Shown here: one piece after another, positions 14,122-26,242 of the stretch
How positions within the stretch are numbered: position 1 is the first letter of the stretch
How the letters are laid out: each line of letters opens with the position of its first letter
NCBI RefSeq assembly: GCF_037042905.1
Contig: NC_087252.1
Span: 620,001-684,000 of the forward strand
Length of the DNA stretch: 64,000 nt
Direction: 5' to 3'
From: Lytechinus pictus
Lineage: Eukaryota
Made by a program: the position numbers and the translations under genes
Notes under the pieces: model-generated
The model's database searches: none
The model's input: only the letters and a program-made list of their open reading frames with translations
What the model was told of the DNA's origin: nothing

Positions 14122-15858
14122 TTCTACTACTTTTACTGCAAACTGGAATCTTTGCTAAACATTATGTTTGATGAAAATAGTACCTTGAAATGCACAATTC
14201 ATGTTAGTTTTGTTCCGTGCTCTCTGTAGCACTCTGATGTGCTGAGGTGTTGACCGGCACTTTCCATCACCAAGCACTGATAATACATCATGATAAGTTA
14301 AGAAAAAAAAACGAAACATAGAATTAAACATAGTTGCAATAGAAGAAGAGGATGAAGGTAGAAGAAGAAGAAGAAGAAGAAATTGAAGAAAAAAAGCAGA
14401 AGAAGAAAAGAAGAAAAAGAAGAAGAAAAAAAAGAAGAAGAAGAAGAAAAAGAAGAAGGCGAAGAGGGGAGACTAAAAAAGAGCAAGAGCAAAAACAAAC
14501 AAAGAAGAAAAGAAGAGGGAGGAGGAAAAGGAGAAAAATACAATTAATTGAATCATAAGACATTTTGGAAACAGGGCGATGGCACTATTTTGAAATTAAG
14601 TTTAGAATTTCTCGTCATATTCATCTTCAGTTAACTCAGTTTTTAAAATTCGTTGTTTGATGACTCGCACATCAAATAAAAACATCTGATCTATTCAAGA
14701 AGGTAAACACATCAACACAATCATTGAGACCCCATGTATACACCCCCTAAAAAACAACAACAACATAATTTAACTACCAGTAGCAACTAAGATATCAAAA
14801 AGAGCCGAAAGAGTTGATGATAAATACCAGTTGTTGTCACGATTTCAAAATGAGTTCGTACAGAATCCAATGAAATGACCATTAAGTGTGTGTATGTATT
14901 ATGTATTATGTGCCTAAGGACTCTGGAAAAAATGGTATTTGCTTAGAAATTGACAAAATAGGCATGGCATTCCATTAAAATATCAGGGGGGGGGGTCACA
15001 AAGATTAAGTATGACGTATATAGCGTTGCAAGAAATCTTAAATCTTTGTAAAACACCCCTGGTTTTTTTCTAGTCAATAATAATACGCTGTCCCACGTGT
15101 ATAGTGATCCGATAGGGTTAAAGTAAATAGCTTACCGTCGAATGGTTGATTGAGAATAGAGAATACCACGATTAGGAGCTTTGAAGAGTTCTTAAATAAA
15201 TCGAAATAATATAATGATGAATTATTATGATAAAATAATATACAGCACATGCATGATTACAATGAATGATAATAAACTCTATAAATAGTAATTAATACTA
15301 CGCTACTACTACTACTACTACTACAACAACTACTACTACTACTAATACTACTATTACTACTACTTCTACTACTACTACTACTAATACTTCTGCTACTACT
15401 GCTGCTACTGCTGCTACTACTACTACTACTACTACTACTGCTACTACTACTAAACTACTACTACTGCTATCATTACTAATACAACTTTACAATCCTATGA
15501 CTATTATCGGAATTATGAAGGCGCTACAATGATGCTTCTTGAGGCATTTTTATTTCAGGCCACTATCTTACACAATTACTGGCTTATTGAATGGGAGGGG
15601 GGGGGGGGTTGGGGCCATTGACCCCCAAATTTATACCACTAAGAAAAATGAGAAAAAGATGGAAAAGGAAAAAAAGACAAAATGTGACAGTGTCATGTCA
15701 AGATCTGCAATCTAAGGTTCAAGTTTTTTTCTAAAGATAAAATAAAAATATGTCACTCGCTTCGCTCGCTCCCAGATTTTAAAAAATCTTACCCCATAGC
15801 ACCATGTCTGCCAACTCAAATTTGTTTTACTTCATCACGCTTATGCATTACTTACCAT
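9324..15858 (-). CDS. Secreted EGF + C-type lectin protein, copy A (223 aa); coding exons 15858-15856, 15190-15136, 14276-14184, 13355-13248, 11974-11693, 9454-9324
   Basis: All introns GT-AG with consistent phases (0,1,1,1,1). Protein MNSSKLLIVVFSILNQPFDVLG (signal-like), EGF CYSNPCQNGGSCMEELDGYSCSCLEAYLGKNC, CTLD CPADWEYAGTKCF...NWGFGQPDNTRDCVALEMIEGNMHDVPC...LVCQVIIKET*. Confidence 0.88.
9691..10072. mobile_element. MITE-like element with about 80-bp terminal inverted repeats (unit A intron 5)
   Basis: TAATCGCTAGAGGGTATTCATTTG...CAAATGAATACCCTCTAGCGATTA; absent from B and C. Confidence 0.75.
13410..13593. mobile_element. Degenerate palindromic MITE; truncated copies near 38455 and 59775
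   Basis: GGGCGTTTCATAAAG...CTTCATAAAACGGCCC, internal inverted symmetry, CAG flanks. Confidence 0.55.
13760..13860. mobile_element. 101-bp hairpin MITE, hAT-like
   Basis: CATTGGCGGCGGAGCAGAGGATTAT...ATAATCCTCTGCTCCGCCGCCAATG flanked by the 8-bp direct repeat ACTGCTAC. Confidence 0.75.
13990..14130. repeat. (CTA)n microsatellite, intron 3 of copy A
   Basis: Direct reading. Confidence 0.95.
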
Positions 15859-16887
15859 GTTGATGAAGGCCCATGTACTTGCCGTGTTCTGTTTGAAGAA
15901 TCTGAAGTTTTATTACATTATGGTAAGCTTGGAATGTCAGGTAAAGCGTAGCAAACTATCACCTTTTTAATAAAAAAAATGCAATCTAATTAAAGCACAC
16001 CTAACATTATTTTAATCGTACCTCTCGGGGTCACCGTAGACTGTCCTTGCCATACCTCATACATTAATGAAGAATCGCTAAGAGTGTCTAATTGAGAAAG
16101 TGCGCTCTACAGTGAACTCAATATTTGATTAGTTTATCGTTTTTTAATTCACTGTTTCTTTATGCCATTCTACATGGATGGATGGATGGATGGATGCAGA
16201 AAGGAAATGAAAATTCCTTCGTTATAATATAATTTGAGATCAAAATGTTAATCAATCCTTTATGATGCCCAACACAATCAATTGTAAAGAAAAACCATGT
16301 ATCATAAACACAATGCCACTGCATGCATTAAAGTAATTTAATAGTGAAGAGCAGTCGAGGATTCCTCAGAGGTGAGACGAGTTTGCTGCTGCGACAGTTG
16401 CATCGGGCTTTCTTTTAGCTAGCAGGGTTAGGGTTGCAATAGGTTCCATGAGCCTACTTACAAAAGGAAGGCTTAAGATATCCGTTCGACCCAACCCATT
16501 CGATTTTTTTCAATATGATATTGCTGATTGACAGAAGTGTATGAATATAATTGAAAATCTAACACTGATTCTAGAAATGATAACTACTGAACTTCGTTTG
16601 CCCGAAATGGGAAGATATATCAATAACTTTGGAACTATTTTTTGACTGGCGGAAGAATTAGGGCTATTTTACTGTTTCAGTTGATAAATTTGATAGTTAT
16701 CTTCATAAATGCCGATTTATTTTTAAAATGAGCTGGCTACGATACCCTTCTCTGGTCAGATATGGAATGACAGATATATATCCTATTCAATGGTAGTAAA
16801 CATTCGACCCTCTAATTTCACGTTTATTTTTTAGAAATTTTTCAAAAGTGCCATTTTAACACACAAGTCTATGGGGAATGTTTTATA

Positions 16888-17254
16888 CGGGTAACTTGCT
16901 AATTCGTCCACTGCCAACTCGTCCTCTCACCACATGGCCTAACTTCATTTAGTCTAATGCCATTCCCTCCATTTGGTGAACCATCATTTCGTCTAATCAC
17001 CTGTTCATCTATGACCATTTCGTCACATAATCAGTTGGTCTGGTATCCATTTTATTTTCATTCGTTTCACTCAATTAACACTTAGTCCAATTAGACCAAA
17101 TGGTATATGGATTAAATGGCTATTGGAGCAACTGGTAATTAGATGAAATTGTAACTAGACTACGTCGATAGTGGACGAACTGATAGTAGGCCAAATAATA
17201 GTAGAAAAGTTGGTAATTGGACGAATTGGCATTAGACCAAATGAAAATAAACCG
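16888..17254. mobile_element. Foldback-type MITE with short subterminal repeats; copies at about 44160-44550 and 62910-63277
   Basis: Left AATTCGTC/CATTTCGTC repeats are mirrored by GACGAA/GACCAAATG repeats on the right. Confidence 0.55.
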
Positions 17255-20200
17255 AAGGGTATAGTGTTAAATGCAGGGTTGAAGTTAGCTGAGCAACTGT
17301 TGCCGGGGCAAGTATAATGGAATCAGTTCGTCCGGAACCCAGAACTATCCAATGTATTTGTAGCAAGAAAGGATCGTTACTTGTATCGACTTAATAGATA
17401 TTGTTATTAACTTCTTTCTAGTTGTGTTAACTCCAACACGTCACCTCCCCCTTTTCTCTTTCTCTCTCTCTTTCTCTAAGTTTCATGATGAAGTCTTCTT
17501 AAAATCAAACACTGAACAAGGTTCGAGATTTGCAACAGCCTGGTTACTAAATGAATCGTGATTAGTGTTTTTATTGAATCAATTTCCAAAATGCGTAAAG
17601 TAAGTCGAAATAGAATAACAAATTTCTTCTTTAGTTAACATAGATTACAGAAACATGACAGAGTATTTATATTGTTTAACATAATAAATGCAAGATAAAT
17701 ATATTAATAAGAATTAGTAGCCAGAAAAGACCAAATAGTAATCTCTGCTTTATCATTTTAGCGAAACAATGGTAAGATACAAGTTTTTCATACATGCACA
17801 TCCTTCATTTTTAGTTTGAAATATAAAGATTGAATATATAAATTATGATAAGGTTGAAATAAAACTTGTATTCATTAAGAGGGTGCGTAACTGACAATTA
17901 TATGATTTGAACTTATGAAGAAAGATCAGACAAACAAAACACTGAAAATTTTATCAACATCGGACAATGAATAACATATAATAACACAATAACATTACCA
18001 GTCATTTTGAATATTTGCATTATTACAGTGAAACAGTTCTATGCAATATATTTTTTGCATATTCAATGAGCAAATTGACGGTGTCATATCCCCGCCTGTT
18101 CTTTTATATTTTATTACATAAAATAATGTGTATTTAATTGTATTCCTCTAAGAATAAAAAACCTGAATAGACAACTAATTTAATACATTAGTTATTTAGT
18201 GCTGCCACTTATACTTTATCATAAGGGAGACATATGATGCACATATGTATGCAAATGATATCAAACAATTATGATTTTATGTAATACCATAAGAAAAAGG
18301 AAAATGGGACATGAAATTGCTAAACATTAAATCAAATAATTTTGTCTTTGGCATCAGATTTTCATGAAACTTTCACCATTTTGCTCAATAAATCTAACTG
18401 TATTTAGTACAGATATCTTTATTATTAGTCCCCAGCACCCATCTTAAAATATAAATGAATTTTAGTAATTCATAAGTATTTGTAAATCTAAAGTTCTTAA
18501 ACAATAAAAATTACTGAAGGATATTCTTTTAAATTTCATCAACTATGGGTAATAAATAACGATTCAATTCCAATTCACTTCTTTATTTCATTTCCATTCA
18601 AAGATAGTTTACAGTAATATTCATAAATCAAACCAACATTGTACTATGAGATAAAATTCAGCCCCATGTAGCCATTTCTGAAAGATGACGCGAAAGATTC
18701 CATATTCATATATTCATTGTATTTCAGTTATTGACCGCGTGCCTCAAAACCCATCCCAATTGACCTGTGATATTTTTCATCGTAGAAAAGTGTTCCCCCA
18801 ATTCGTCTTTTAAGGTCATCTTACGTCTGGTCCAAGTTTCGATTTTGGAACATTTGAAACAAATTGCAATTTGTGCATTTTCTGAAAATGTGAATAAAAA
18901 GTACATTTTATTTAAGTTTAATTAGCTGTAATAACCCCAATATAACAATTTTGAAAGATTGAAAGCCTTTACATTTAGAAAAGGCCAAATTCGTTTCAAA
19001 ACGTAGCCGATCGTACGATTGCTATGACGTCATTACGATAACATATTAAATGTGCTTTTATTTCAATAAGGATTATTGCATAGTTACATATTTGAACATA
19101 GGTATTTGTATAATGATTTAGAACATTACACAGTAAAATATCCAATCTTTCAATACGCATAATTATCAGATAAAATTATGGGCCCGTATTCTGATAGCAG
19201 GTTTAATTTAACCCTAGTCTAAAGTTAACCCTGGTTTAACTAAACCTCCTCTAAACCTCACCTCTGGTCTAAGTGTAGTTTAATTATTTTGGTATTCTGA
19301 TAGCCGGGTTTAACTAAACCTGGGTTAAACCCGGGTTTAAAATTCTTTTTGAAAATAATAACCCTCTTTTAACCAAGACTAACACCTTTTTGGTAAATTA
19401 CTGCTACAGGGATGATTGCAACAAAGTTGAAAAAATGGCACTAAAGTTGTTTTTTCTTAAAAATTTGGATATCATGGAAACTAATAACAACTATTGTAGT
19501 GAAAGAAAAGCATTCATCACCCATATGTGGTAAGACATTTTCATTTCAATTATCTTTATTTTTGTTAATTACTAAAACATTTCAACCCCAAACCGAGTGA
19601 CCTGCACAGTTTTTTGAGTATCAGTCCCATTTATTGCTTTTCATGTTTGTCAAAATCTAAATTGAATAGATTCCCCTCAACCACTCTTGACTAGAGTCTA
19701 GACTCTAGTCCTAGATCTAAAACAATAAGCTAAGAGGTCGACGTCTTTATTTTAACTTTAAGTAGGGCCTAAGGGATTTTTTTTTTTACTTTTGAGAGTA
19801 GTCTTGGGTCTAAATAGGCTTATAGTTAGATCTGGCCTAGGCCCGTTTGGAGGAGAATTGAACATAGTTTTGACTATTTGACTTTTTATACTTTCCTGAA
19901 GCAAAACATTGTCTAGTGAGTTAGTGGAGCATCAAAGACTGAAGATACATATTTTATTATTGGTCTAGGCCTATAACAGCATTCAGGACTTAGGCTGGCT
20001 TAGCTTAGGGACAGGGATAGATATAGGTTATTATTCTAACCTTAGGCTTAGGCTAGATCTAGTGGAATGGATCTGATTTGTCTTAGACAAAGAGCTTTGA
20101 ACAGTCTCTGTCTTGGTTGTTCCGCTGAATTATGACACTCTACGTTGGCCTCTCTCACCAAGGCAATGTTATATGACAGTAAAATGTCAGAATTTTTAAA

Positions 20201-20396
20201 ATAAATCCCAGAAACAACGGTTATTCCTGTCTACAGACAGTACAGTGTTAGATCTGATTATCGCTGCATTGCTTGCCAAGTAACTGGGCCTGGCTAAATT
20301 TAGAATTAGTCCTAGACATCTCTCTACTCCTGTTTTAGGTCCATATCTGTTTCTTTGAAGAGTTTTTTATTCAAACATTTTTGGGGACTCGTTTAG

Positions 20397-20635
20397 TGTT
20401 ATATATGAAGGTTTGAAAGAAAGAATAACATAAATGTGTAATAAGGTCTGCATGTACAGACTAGCAACATGTATGAATCTGTATTATGTATACACATGTA
20501 GAAGTGGACATTGGACAACACACACAGGGAGACTGTAAATGAAGGAGCAATAAAGAGTCAACAGACATTTTGAGTTAAGCAAAACTTGAGACTTTAATGT
20601 GTCATTATTCGGCTGGATGAACCCAAAACATAACA
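20397..20635 (+). repeat. 5' LTR
   Basis: Direct repeat of 26243-26481 with one mismatch seen; contains AATAAA. Confidence 0.95.
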
Positions 20636-22333
20636 AAATTTGGCGACGAGATGCGGGATATGCTAGGGATCAACTGTATTTAATAATTTTGCCTGAGCCC
20701 CAGGAAAATAGTGGATGTGGATGGATTACAATTTTGGATTGTGAAACAATTTTGTGTGATACAGTCAGTGCCATATCTATCTACAGTCCCAGGTATGAAA
20801 ATCTGTGTATGGACGCGCTATGCAGTTATAAGTCACATTGATTTATTGTAGTGGTGTATTATGGACGCTATGCAGCTGTCAGCCACAGTCAGAATAGGTG
20901 GCTAAACCATAATTTACACTTGTCAGCCATTTTGAATAAGACCAGGACTAGCAAATAGTCTAGACTGAAGTGAAGCCCAGTTCCTGTGTAGAATTTAGCC
21001 TATTGAGATTGGAACCAGCATTCAGCAAAGCCAAAGAACTCTAGTCTCTACACGACAGCCCAAGCCCTAGCATCTGTTTATGAACTTTTGATCCAGCCTG
21101 ATCAGTACAGGACCAGTCGCAGCCTAGCCCAGCCAATTGTTGGTCCAGTCTCAGCCTAAACCAGCCCAGCCTTGGTCCAGTCTCAGCCTAATCCAGACCA
21201 GCCTTGCTCCAGGCTCAGCCCAGCCCAGTGCAGATGTGACCTAGCCCAGCCGCCAGGTCGAAGACTCGAAGTTAAGTCTTGCACTTACTAAGAGTGACCC
21301 TGCCCGGTCCAGCCCAGCCGCCAGGACCTGCCAAGCCTCGCACAGCCCATGACCCTGCCCGGTCCAGCCCAGGTCCAGGCAAGCCACTCTGAAGGATGAA
21401 TCAAGCTCAGCCTCAGAACAGTGTTTACACAATGAATGGATAAAACATTGAAACTGAAACTTTGCAAGCAAGACTCTAGACTTGAATGATAACTGAATGG
21501 ACTCAGTGTAAAGACTTTGAACTCAGTTTATGCTTGATATTTGATGCATAAAATTGATGAAATGTATTTGAGTGACCATTGAAGATAATTCTATTGTGCT
21601 AAAACGAGCATTAATTGCAGGTGAGCCAACACAAGCATTTAGATACAGTTCCAGTGCCTAGCTTAAGGTAACAAATGGTAAGCTTTTGGTACAAAAATTA
21701 ATGTTGCCGATTATCAAAGAGGTCTAAGTCCATTGCCATGTCATGATAGATGTATAGTTGGTCTATTGAGCTAGTCTAACTTACATAGCCTGACTATTAA
21801 GGTCCAGGACCTACATCTAAGTTTGAACCTTGAGACCTGAAGAGTTAGTCTAGATCTATATACACTACTAGTATTTGTTCAGTTGCTAGGACCAGGAACG
21901 AATTGAAGTTGGTCTAACTTGCTAGGACCAAGAACTAAAAGAATTTAGTCCAATATTATCAGGACCAGGACCTGTTTGATAAATTGAGTGATCAATAGAG
22001 TCTAGGTACAATAAATGTGCATTGATCACACTAGTGTGAAAAGCATAGGACCAAATAGTGTACTGTCACATTGGTCTAGCCCTATAAATACAGCAGCCCT
22101 GTAATTTTGTATGAAACTAGAGTGCATGTTGCACGTACAGGAATTCATAATCTAGCTGCACACGGTTATTAAGTTATTGAGTGTGAATAATAGCCACATT
22201 GCGAGAGTGTAGTCTTAAGACCAGGCCTAGTTGATATAGACTAAGCCTATGCAGGTCTAGTAGAAGTATTTTACAGTGTATACCTACAGCCTATGTTGTT
22301 ATTCTGTTAAGTGTAAGTACTAGTCAAGTACCC

Positions 22334-23587
22334 ATGATGGCTAATGATAATCTAGTCATTGGGAATGCCCCCCATTTAGATTCTGGTTACACATTTGAAG
22401 AATGGACCGAAGTCTTAGAGGCATGGTTCACTTCTAATGACATAAAATCAGATGAAAAGCAAAAAGCATTGTTCTTAACAGGATTAGGTAGCAAAGGTTA
22501 TCATACCCTTCGTGCACTGTTACAGCCAGATAAGACATTAGCTAAAACATACAAAGAATGTAAAGATGCACTGACTACACACTACTCGCCAAAGCCTACA
22601 GAAATTGTGCAAAGATATAGATTTTACACATGCACACAGCGAACAAATGAAACAATCCCTCAGTTCTTAGCAAAGCTCAGACAGCTTAGCGATGGTTGCA
22701 ACTTCAAAGAACTTGAGAACATGTTGAGAGACAGACTAGTAGTAGGATGTTCAGATGTCAACATACAACGAAAGCTATTGGGAATGCCCCAGTTGACTTT
22801 TGAAAAAGCAGTCAACATTGCGACAGCAATGGAAGTAGCGAAGCAAGATGTGGAACAGATCAAGAAGATACAAAAGCCACATGATGAGCCTACATCGGTT
22901 CATAAACTTCAGAGGAAGGTGACCGCTGAACCACAGAATAGGACTCCAGCAAAGACGGTTAAGTCCAAGGACAAGCGTTCTACTCCAAGCCCAAAGAGAT
23001 GTTGGAGATGTGGTGGTAGCAGCCATGAGCCAGCGACTTGTAAATTTCGCGACGAACAGTGCTACAAATGTTCAAAAACTGGTCACACGAAAAGCCAGTG
23101 TGAACTAGTGAAAGCCTACCAGCAGAAATTCTATCAAAAGAAAACACAATCTTCAAAGAAAGCACATCACTTAGATGATGAGGACTCTGCATCAAACTCC
23201 GAAGAAGGAAAAATGGATCATCTGGAAGACGAATCGATTTACAGATTATCAAATTCTGATCCATATATGACTACTGTGATAGTGAATGGCGCAGAAGTAC
23301 AGCTCGAAATTGATACTGGAAGTCCATGGTCTATTGTTTCAAAGGCAGTGTACAGTAGAATCAGCAAAGATTCCAAGCTAACTTCCAGTAACATTAGACT
23401 CAAGTCCTATACAGAAGGGAAATTAGACATTTCTGGTGAAGCCACAGTTGATGTTCAGCTTGAAACACAGATGAAGCCAGACAAGCTGAAGCTAGTTGTT
23501 GTCCAACAAGGTGCCAGCCTGATTGGAAGGGACTGGTTACAGAAGTATCCACAACTGTTAGCACAGTTAGCCAACCATATTGCATAA
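22334..23587 (+). CDS. gag: Gypsy Gag + aspartic protease
   Basis: Two zinc knuckles (CWRCGGSSHEPATC, CYKCSKTGHTKSQC), protease IDTGS and LIGRDW. Ends in an in-frame TAA. Confidence 0.9.
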   Translation: MMANDNLVIGNAPHLDSGYTFEEWTEVLEAWFTSNDIKSDEKQKALFLTGLGSKGYHTLRALLQPDKTLAKTYKECKDALTTHYSPKPTEIVQRYRFYTCTQRTNETIPQFLAKLRQLSDGCNFKELENMLRDRLVVGCSDVNIQRKLLGMPQLTFEKAVNIATAMEVAKQDVEQIKKIQKPHDEPTSVHKLQRKVTAEPQNRTPAKTVKSKDKRSTPSPKRCWRCGGSSHEPATCKFRDEQCYKCSKTGHTKSQCELVKAYQQKFYQKKTQSSKKAHHLDDEDSASNSEEGKMDHLEDESIYRLSNSDPYMTTVIVNGAEVQLEIDTGSPWSIVSKAVYSRISKDSKLTSSNIRLKSYTEGKLDISGEATVDVQLETQMKPDKLKLVVVQQGASLIGRDWLQKYPQLLAQLANHIA

Positions 23588-23602
23588 GCAAGCCCCAGAA
23601 GT

Positions 23603-25291
23603 ATGCATAATTTGCAAGATGTTATGCAAGATGTATTCAAAAAGCATGCGGAGTTGTTTGATGATAGTTCAGTGGGACAACTGATAGGATACCAGGCCAA
23701 AGTGTATCCTGAAGAAGAGAACAATCAACCAAAGTTCTACAAAGCAGCCCCTGTTTCCTATGCTGCCAGGAAGCAGATAGACAAAGCATTAGATAGCTTG
23801 TTGGAGGACGGCATCATCAAGCCAGTCAAGACCGCAGATTTTGCATGCCCAATCATTGCAGTCCCTAAGCCAGATGGACGGATGAGAATCTGTGGTAATT
23901 ACAAGCTAACTGCAAACAAAGTCCTGAAGGTAGAACAGTATCCCTTACCAACTCTGGAAGACCTCCTACAAGAACTTGAAGGTGGAGAAAGATTCACCAA
24001 GCTGGATTTAAGTCACGCCTATCATCAGATAGAATTAGATCCAGAAGCCCGCAAGTACACTACAATCAACACACATAGAGGTCTCTTTGAGTATACAAGA
24101 CTACCTTTTGGGATAGCAAGCGCTCCAGCTATGTTTCAGAGGACTATGGAGAGCCTCTTGGCAGACATCCCTATGTGCAAGCCATATCTTGATGACATAC
24201 TTATCAGTGGCAAGACTGATGAAGATCATCTGATAAACCGGGAAGCGGTTCTTTCAAGACTAGAAAGCAATGGTTTACGCTTGAAGAAGGAGAAGTGCGA
24301 ACTGATGAAAGACTCGGTTGACTACCTTGGTCATCGCCTTGACAAGAAAGGTCTCCGGCCTCTTCAAGACAAACTTGATGCCATACGCCAGGCAGAACGC
24401 CCAGTGAATCAAAGCCAACTCCAGGCTTATCTTGGTTTACTTGGATATTATCGCAAATTTATACCCAACCTATCCCAGAAGATTGTGCACTTGACTGAAA
24501 TGCTGAAAGCAGAATTCAGATCAACCTCCAGTGGGAAGAGAAGCAGCCAGCCTGACCCTAAGTTCAAGTGGGGAAAGAATCAGGAAAAAGCATTCCAGAA
24601 ATCAAAGCGTCTCCTACAGACTGACACCATTCTGACGCATTATGATCCAGCCAAATCCATTGTGTTACAGACAGATGCCAGCCCATATGGATTAGGTGCG
24701 GTGATAAGCCATGTGGAATCAGACGGACAAGAACACCCCATAGCTTTTGCTTCACGTACCCTCAAGCCAAGTGAAGTCAACTATGCGCAGTATGAAAAGG
24801 AGAGTCTGTCGATAATCTTCGGACTGAAGAAATTCCACAAGCAACTTCATGGAAGGTCATTTACGATTGTGACAGACCACAAGCCGTTGATGGGACTCTT
24901 TGGAGACCACAAACCAGCGAGCCCGATGGCCTCGGCTCGTGTTGCAAGATGGCACATGATCTTGTCGGCATACAGCTACAAGATAGTACACCGTGAAGGA
25001 AAGAAGCACCAAAACGCAGATGCGTTCTCTCGCCTACGACTCCGGGGAGAAGAAACTTCATGGAATCATCCAGAGCTCGCAGAGCTAGATGAAGCACCAA
25101 TGCCCCGAATCAACATGCTTAATGACCTTGAAACACGCCCTGTTGATGCACAGGAGGTGAAACGTGCCACCAAGAAGGACAGAGTACTGTCCAAAGTAAA
25201 GCATCATATCCTGAATGGATGGCCAGCAACAAGAAATCTGCCAGATGAACTGAAGCCCTTCGCAAGTAAAAAAAATACGAGTTGTCCATAG
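23603..25291 (+). CDS. pol: Gypsy reverse transcriptase + RNase H (fragment of a disrupted polyprotein)
   Basis: FTKLDLSHAYHQ, RLPFG, YLDD, TDASPYGLGAV, TDHKPL, NADAFSR. Confidence 0.92.
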   Translation: MHNLQDVMQDVFKKHAELFDDSSVGQLIGYQAKVYPEEENNQPKFYKAAPVSYAARKQIDKALDSLLEDGIIKPVKTADFACPIIAVPKPDGRMRICGNYKLTANKVLKVEQYPLPTLEDLLQELEGGERFTKLDLSHAYHQIELDPEARKYTTINTHRGLFEYTRLPFGIASAPAMFQRTMESLLADIPMCKPYLDDILISGKTDEDHLINREAVLSRLESNGLRLKKEKCELMKDSVDYLGHRLDKKGLRPLQDKLDAIRQAERPVNQSQLQAYLGLLGYYRKFIPNLSQKIVHLTEMLKAEFRSTSSGKRSSQPDPKFKWGKNQEKAFQKSKRLLQTDTILTHYDPAKSIVLQTDASPYGLGAVISHVESDGQEHPIAFASRTLKPSEVNYAQYEKESLSIIFGLKKFHKQLHGRSFTIVTDHKPLMGLFGDHKPASPMASARVARWHMILSAYSYKIVHREGKKHQNADAFSRLRLRGEETSWNHPELAELDEAPMPRINMLNDLETRPVDAQEVKRATKKDRVLSKVKHHILNGWPATRNLPDELKPFASKKNTSCP

Positions 25292-26067
25292 AAGATGATA
25301 TAATCCTTTGGGGATCTAGAGTGATTATCCCTGACAACCTAGAAATGAAGGAGAGAATCCTGAACGAGTTACATAGTACACACCCAGGGATTGTGAAAAT
25401 GAAGTCACTAGCCAGGTCGTACGTATGGTGGCCCAAGATAGACAACCAGTTGGAACAGCACGTGAGATGTTGTGAAAGCTGTCAACAGAATCAGCACAGC
25501 CCAGCAGCAGTACCCATACATCCGTGGGAGTTTCCTGAGAAGCCATGGAGTAGGATCCACTGTGACTATGCCTCCATTGGTGACGAGAATATCTTGATCG
25601 TCGTTGATGCCCACAGCAAATGGCTCGAAGCTATTCGAGTGAAGCGAGCCACAGCCAATGCCACAGTGATCACCCTTAGACGATTGTTTGCAACACACGG
25701 ATTACCAGAGACCGTGGTGACAGACAATGGCACACAATTTGTTTCAGAAGAGTTTGCCACTTTGATGAATAACAACAACATTTGCCATATCCAGACAGCA
25801 CCCAAGCACCCAGCCAGCAATGGTCTTGCAGAGAGAGGTGTACAAACTGTCAAAACAGCAATGAAGAAGGGACAAGGAAGTGACTTTGAAAAGAAACTTC
25901 AAAGGTTCTTGTTGACCTACAGAGCCACACCACAGGAAACAACAGGAAAGACGCCCAGTGAACTGATGTTCAAGAGGAAAGTCCGCACAAGACTCGACAA
26001 TTTGCGTCCAGATCTGAGCAAGTCAGTTAGACGGAAACAGTCTACCATGAAGAAATCAGAATACTGA
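25282..26067 (+). CDS. Gypsy integrase (frameshifted from RT-RH at an A8 run, about 25268-25275)
   Basis: HHCC motif (HSTHPG...CESC) and DDE motif (HCDY, TDNG, NGLAER). Confidence 0.9.
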   Translation: MSIEDDIILWGSRVIIPDNLEMKERILNELHSTHPGIVKMKSLARSYVWWPKIDNQLEQHVRCCESCQQNQHSPAAVPIHPWEFPEKPWSRIHCDYASIGDENILIVVDAHSKWLEAIRVKRATANATVITLRRLFATHGLPETVVTDNGTQFVSEEFATLMNNNNICHIQTAPKHPASNGLAERGVQTVKTAMKKGQGSDFEKKLQRFLLTYRATPQETTGKTPSELMFKRKVRTRLDNLRPDLSKSVRRKQSTMKKSEY

Positions 26068-26242
26068 GGATTGAGGAATTTGAAGCCAAATAACTAAAAC
26101 TTCATACAGTGAAATATTGCAAGTTGAAGTATGGGAGTGAAATAGTGGTTGAAATTATAATGCCTTAATTGCATGGAACACAGAAAGTGGAAATTGTTGT
26201 ATTTCAAAATTTACCCATGTACATTTATGTAAGGGGGAGGAA

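Larger units (their letters stand above)
1..18044. repeat. Tandem segmental duplication unit A
   Basis: The sequence at position 1 (AATATATTTTTTGCATATTCAATGAGCAA) recurs at 18045 and 45327, and its first bases begin again at 63997. Homology is colinear throughout once TE insertions are removed. The boundary is arbitrary (window start). Confidence 0.95.

Noticed and set aside
14298..14563. K/R/E-rich and F/S-rich ORFs (also about 39325 and 60794)
   Set aside because: (GAA)n purine tract in intron 2.
16424..16436. AGGGTTAGGGTT telomere-like motif
   Set aside because: Only about two units; not a meaningful interstitial telomere.
22660..25853. Short antisense ORFs in the Gypsy element; possible env gene
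   Set aside because: Shadow frames of gag-pol; there is no room for env between the integrase and the PPT.
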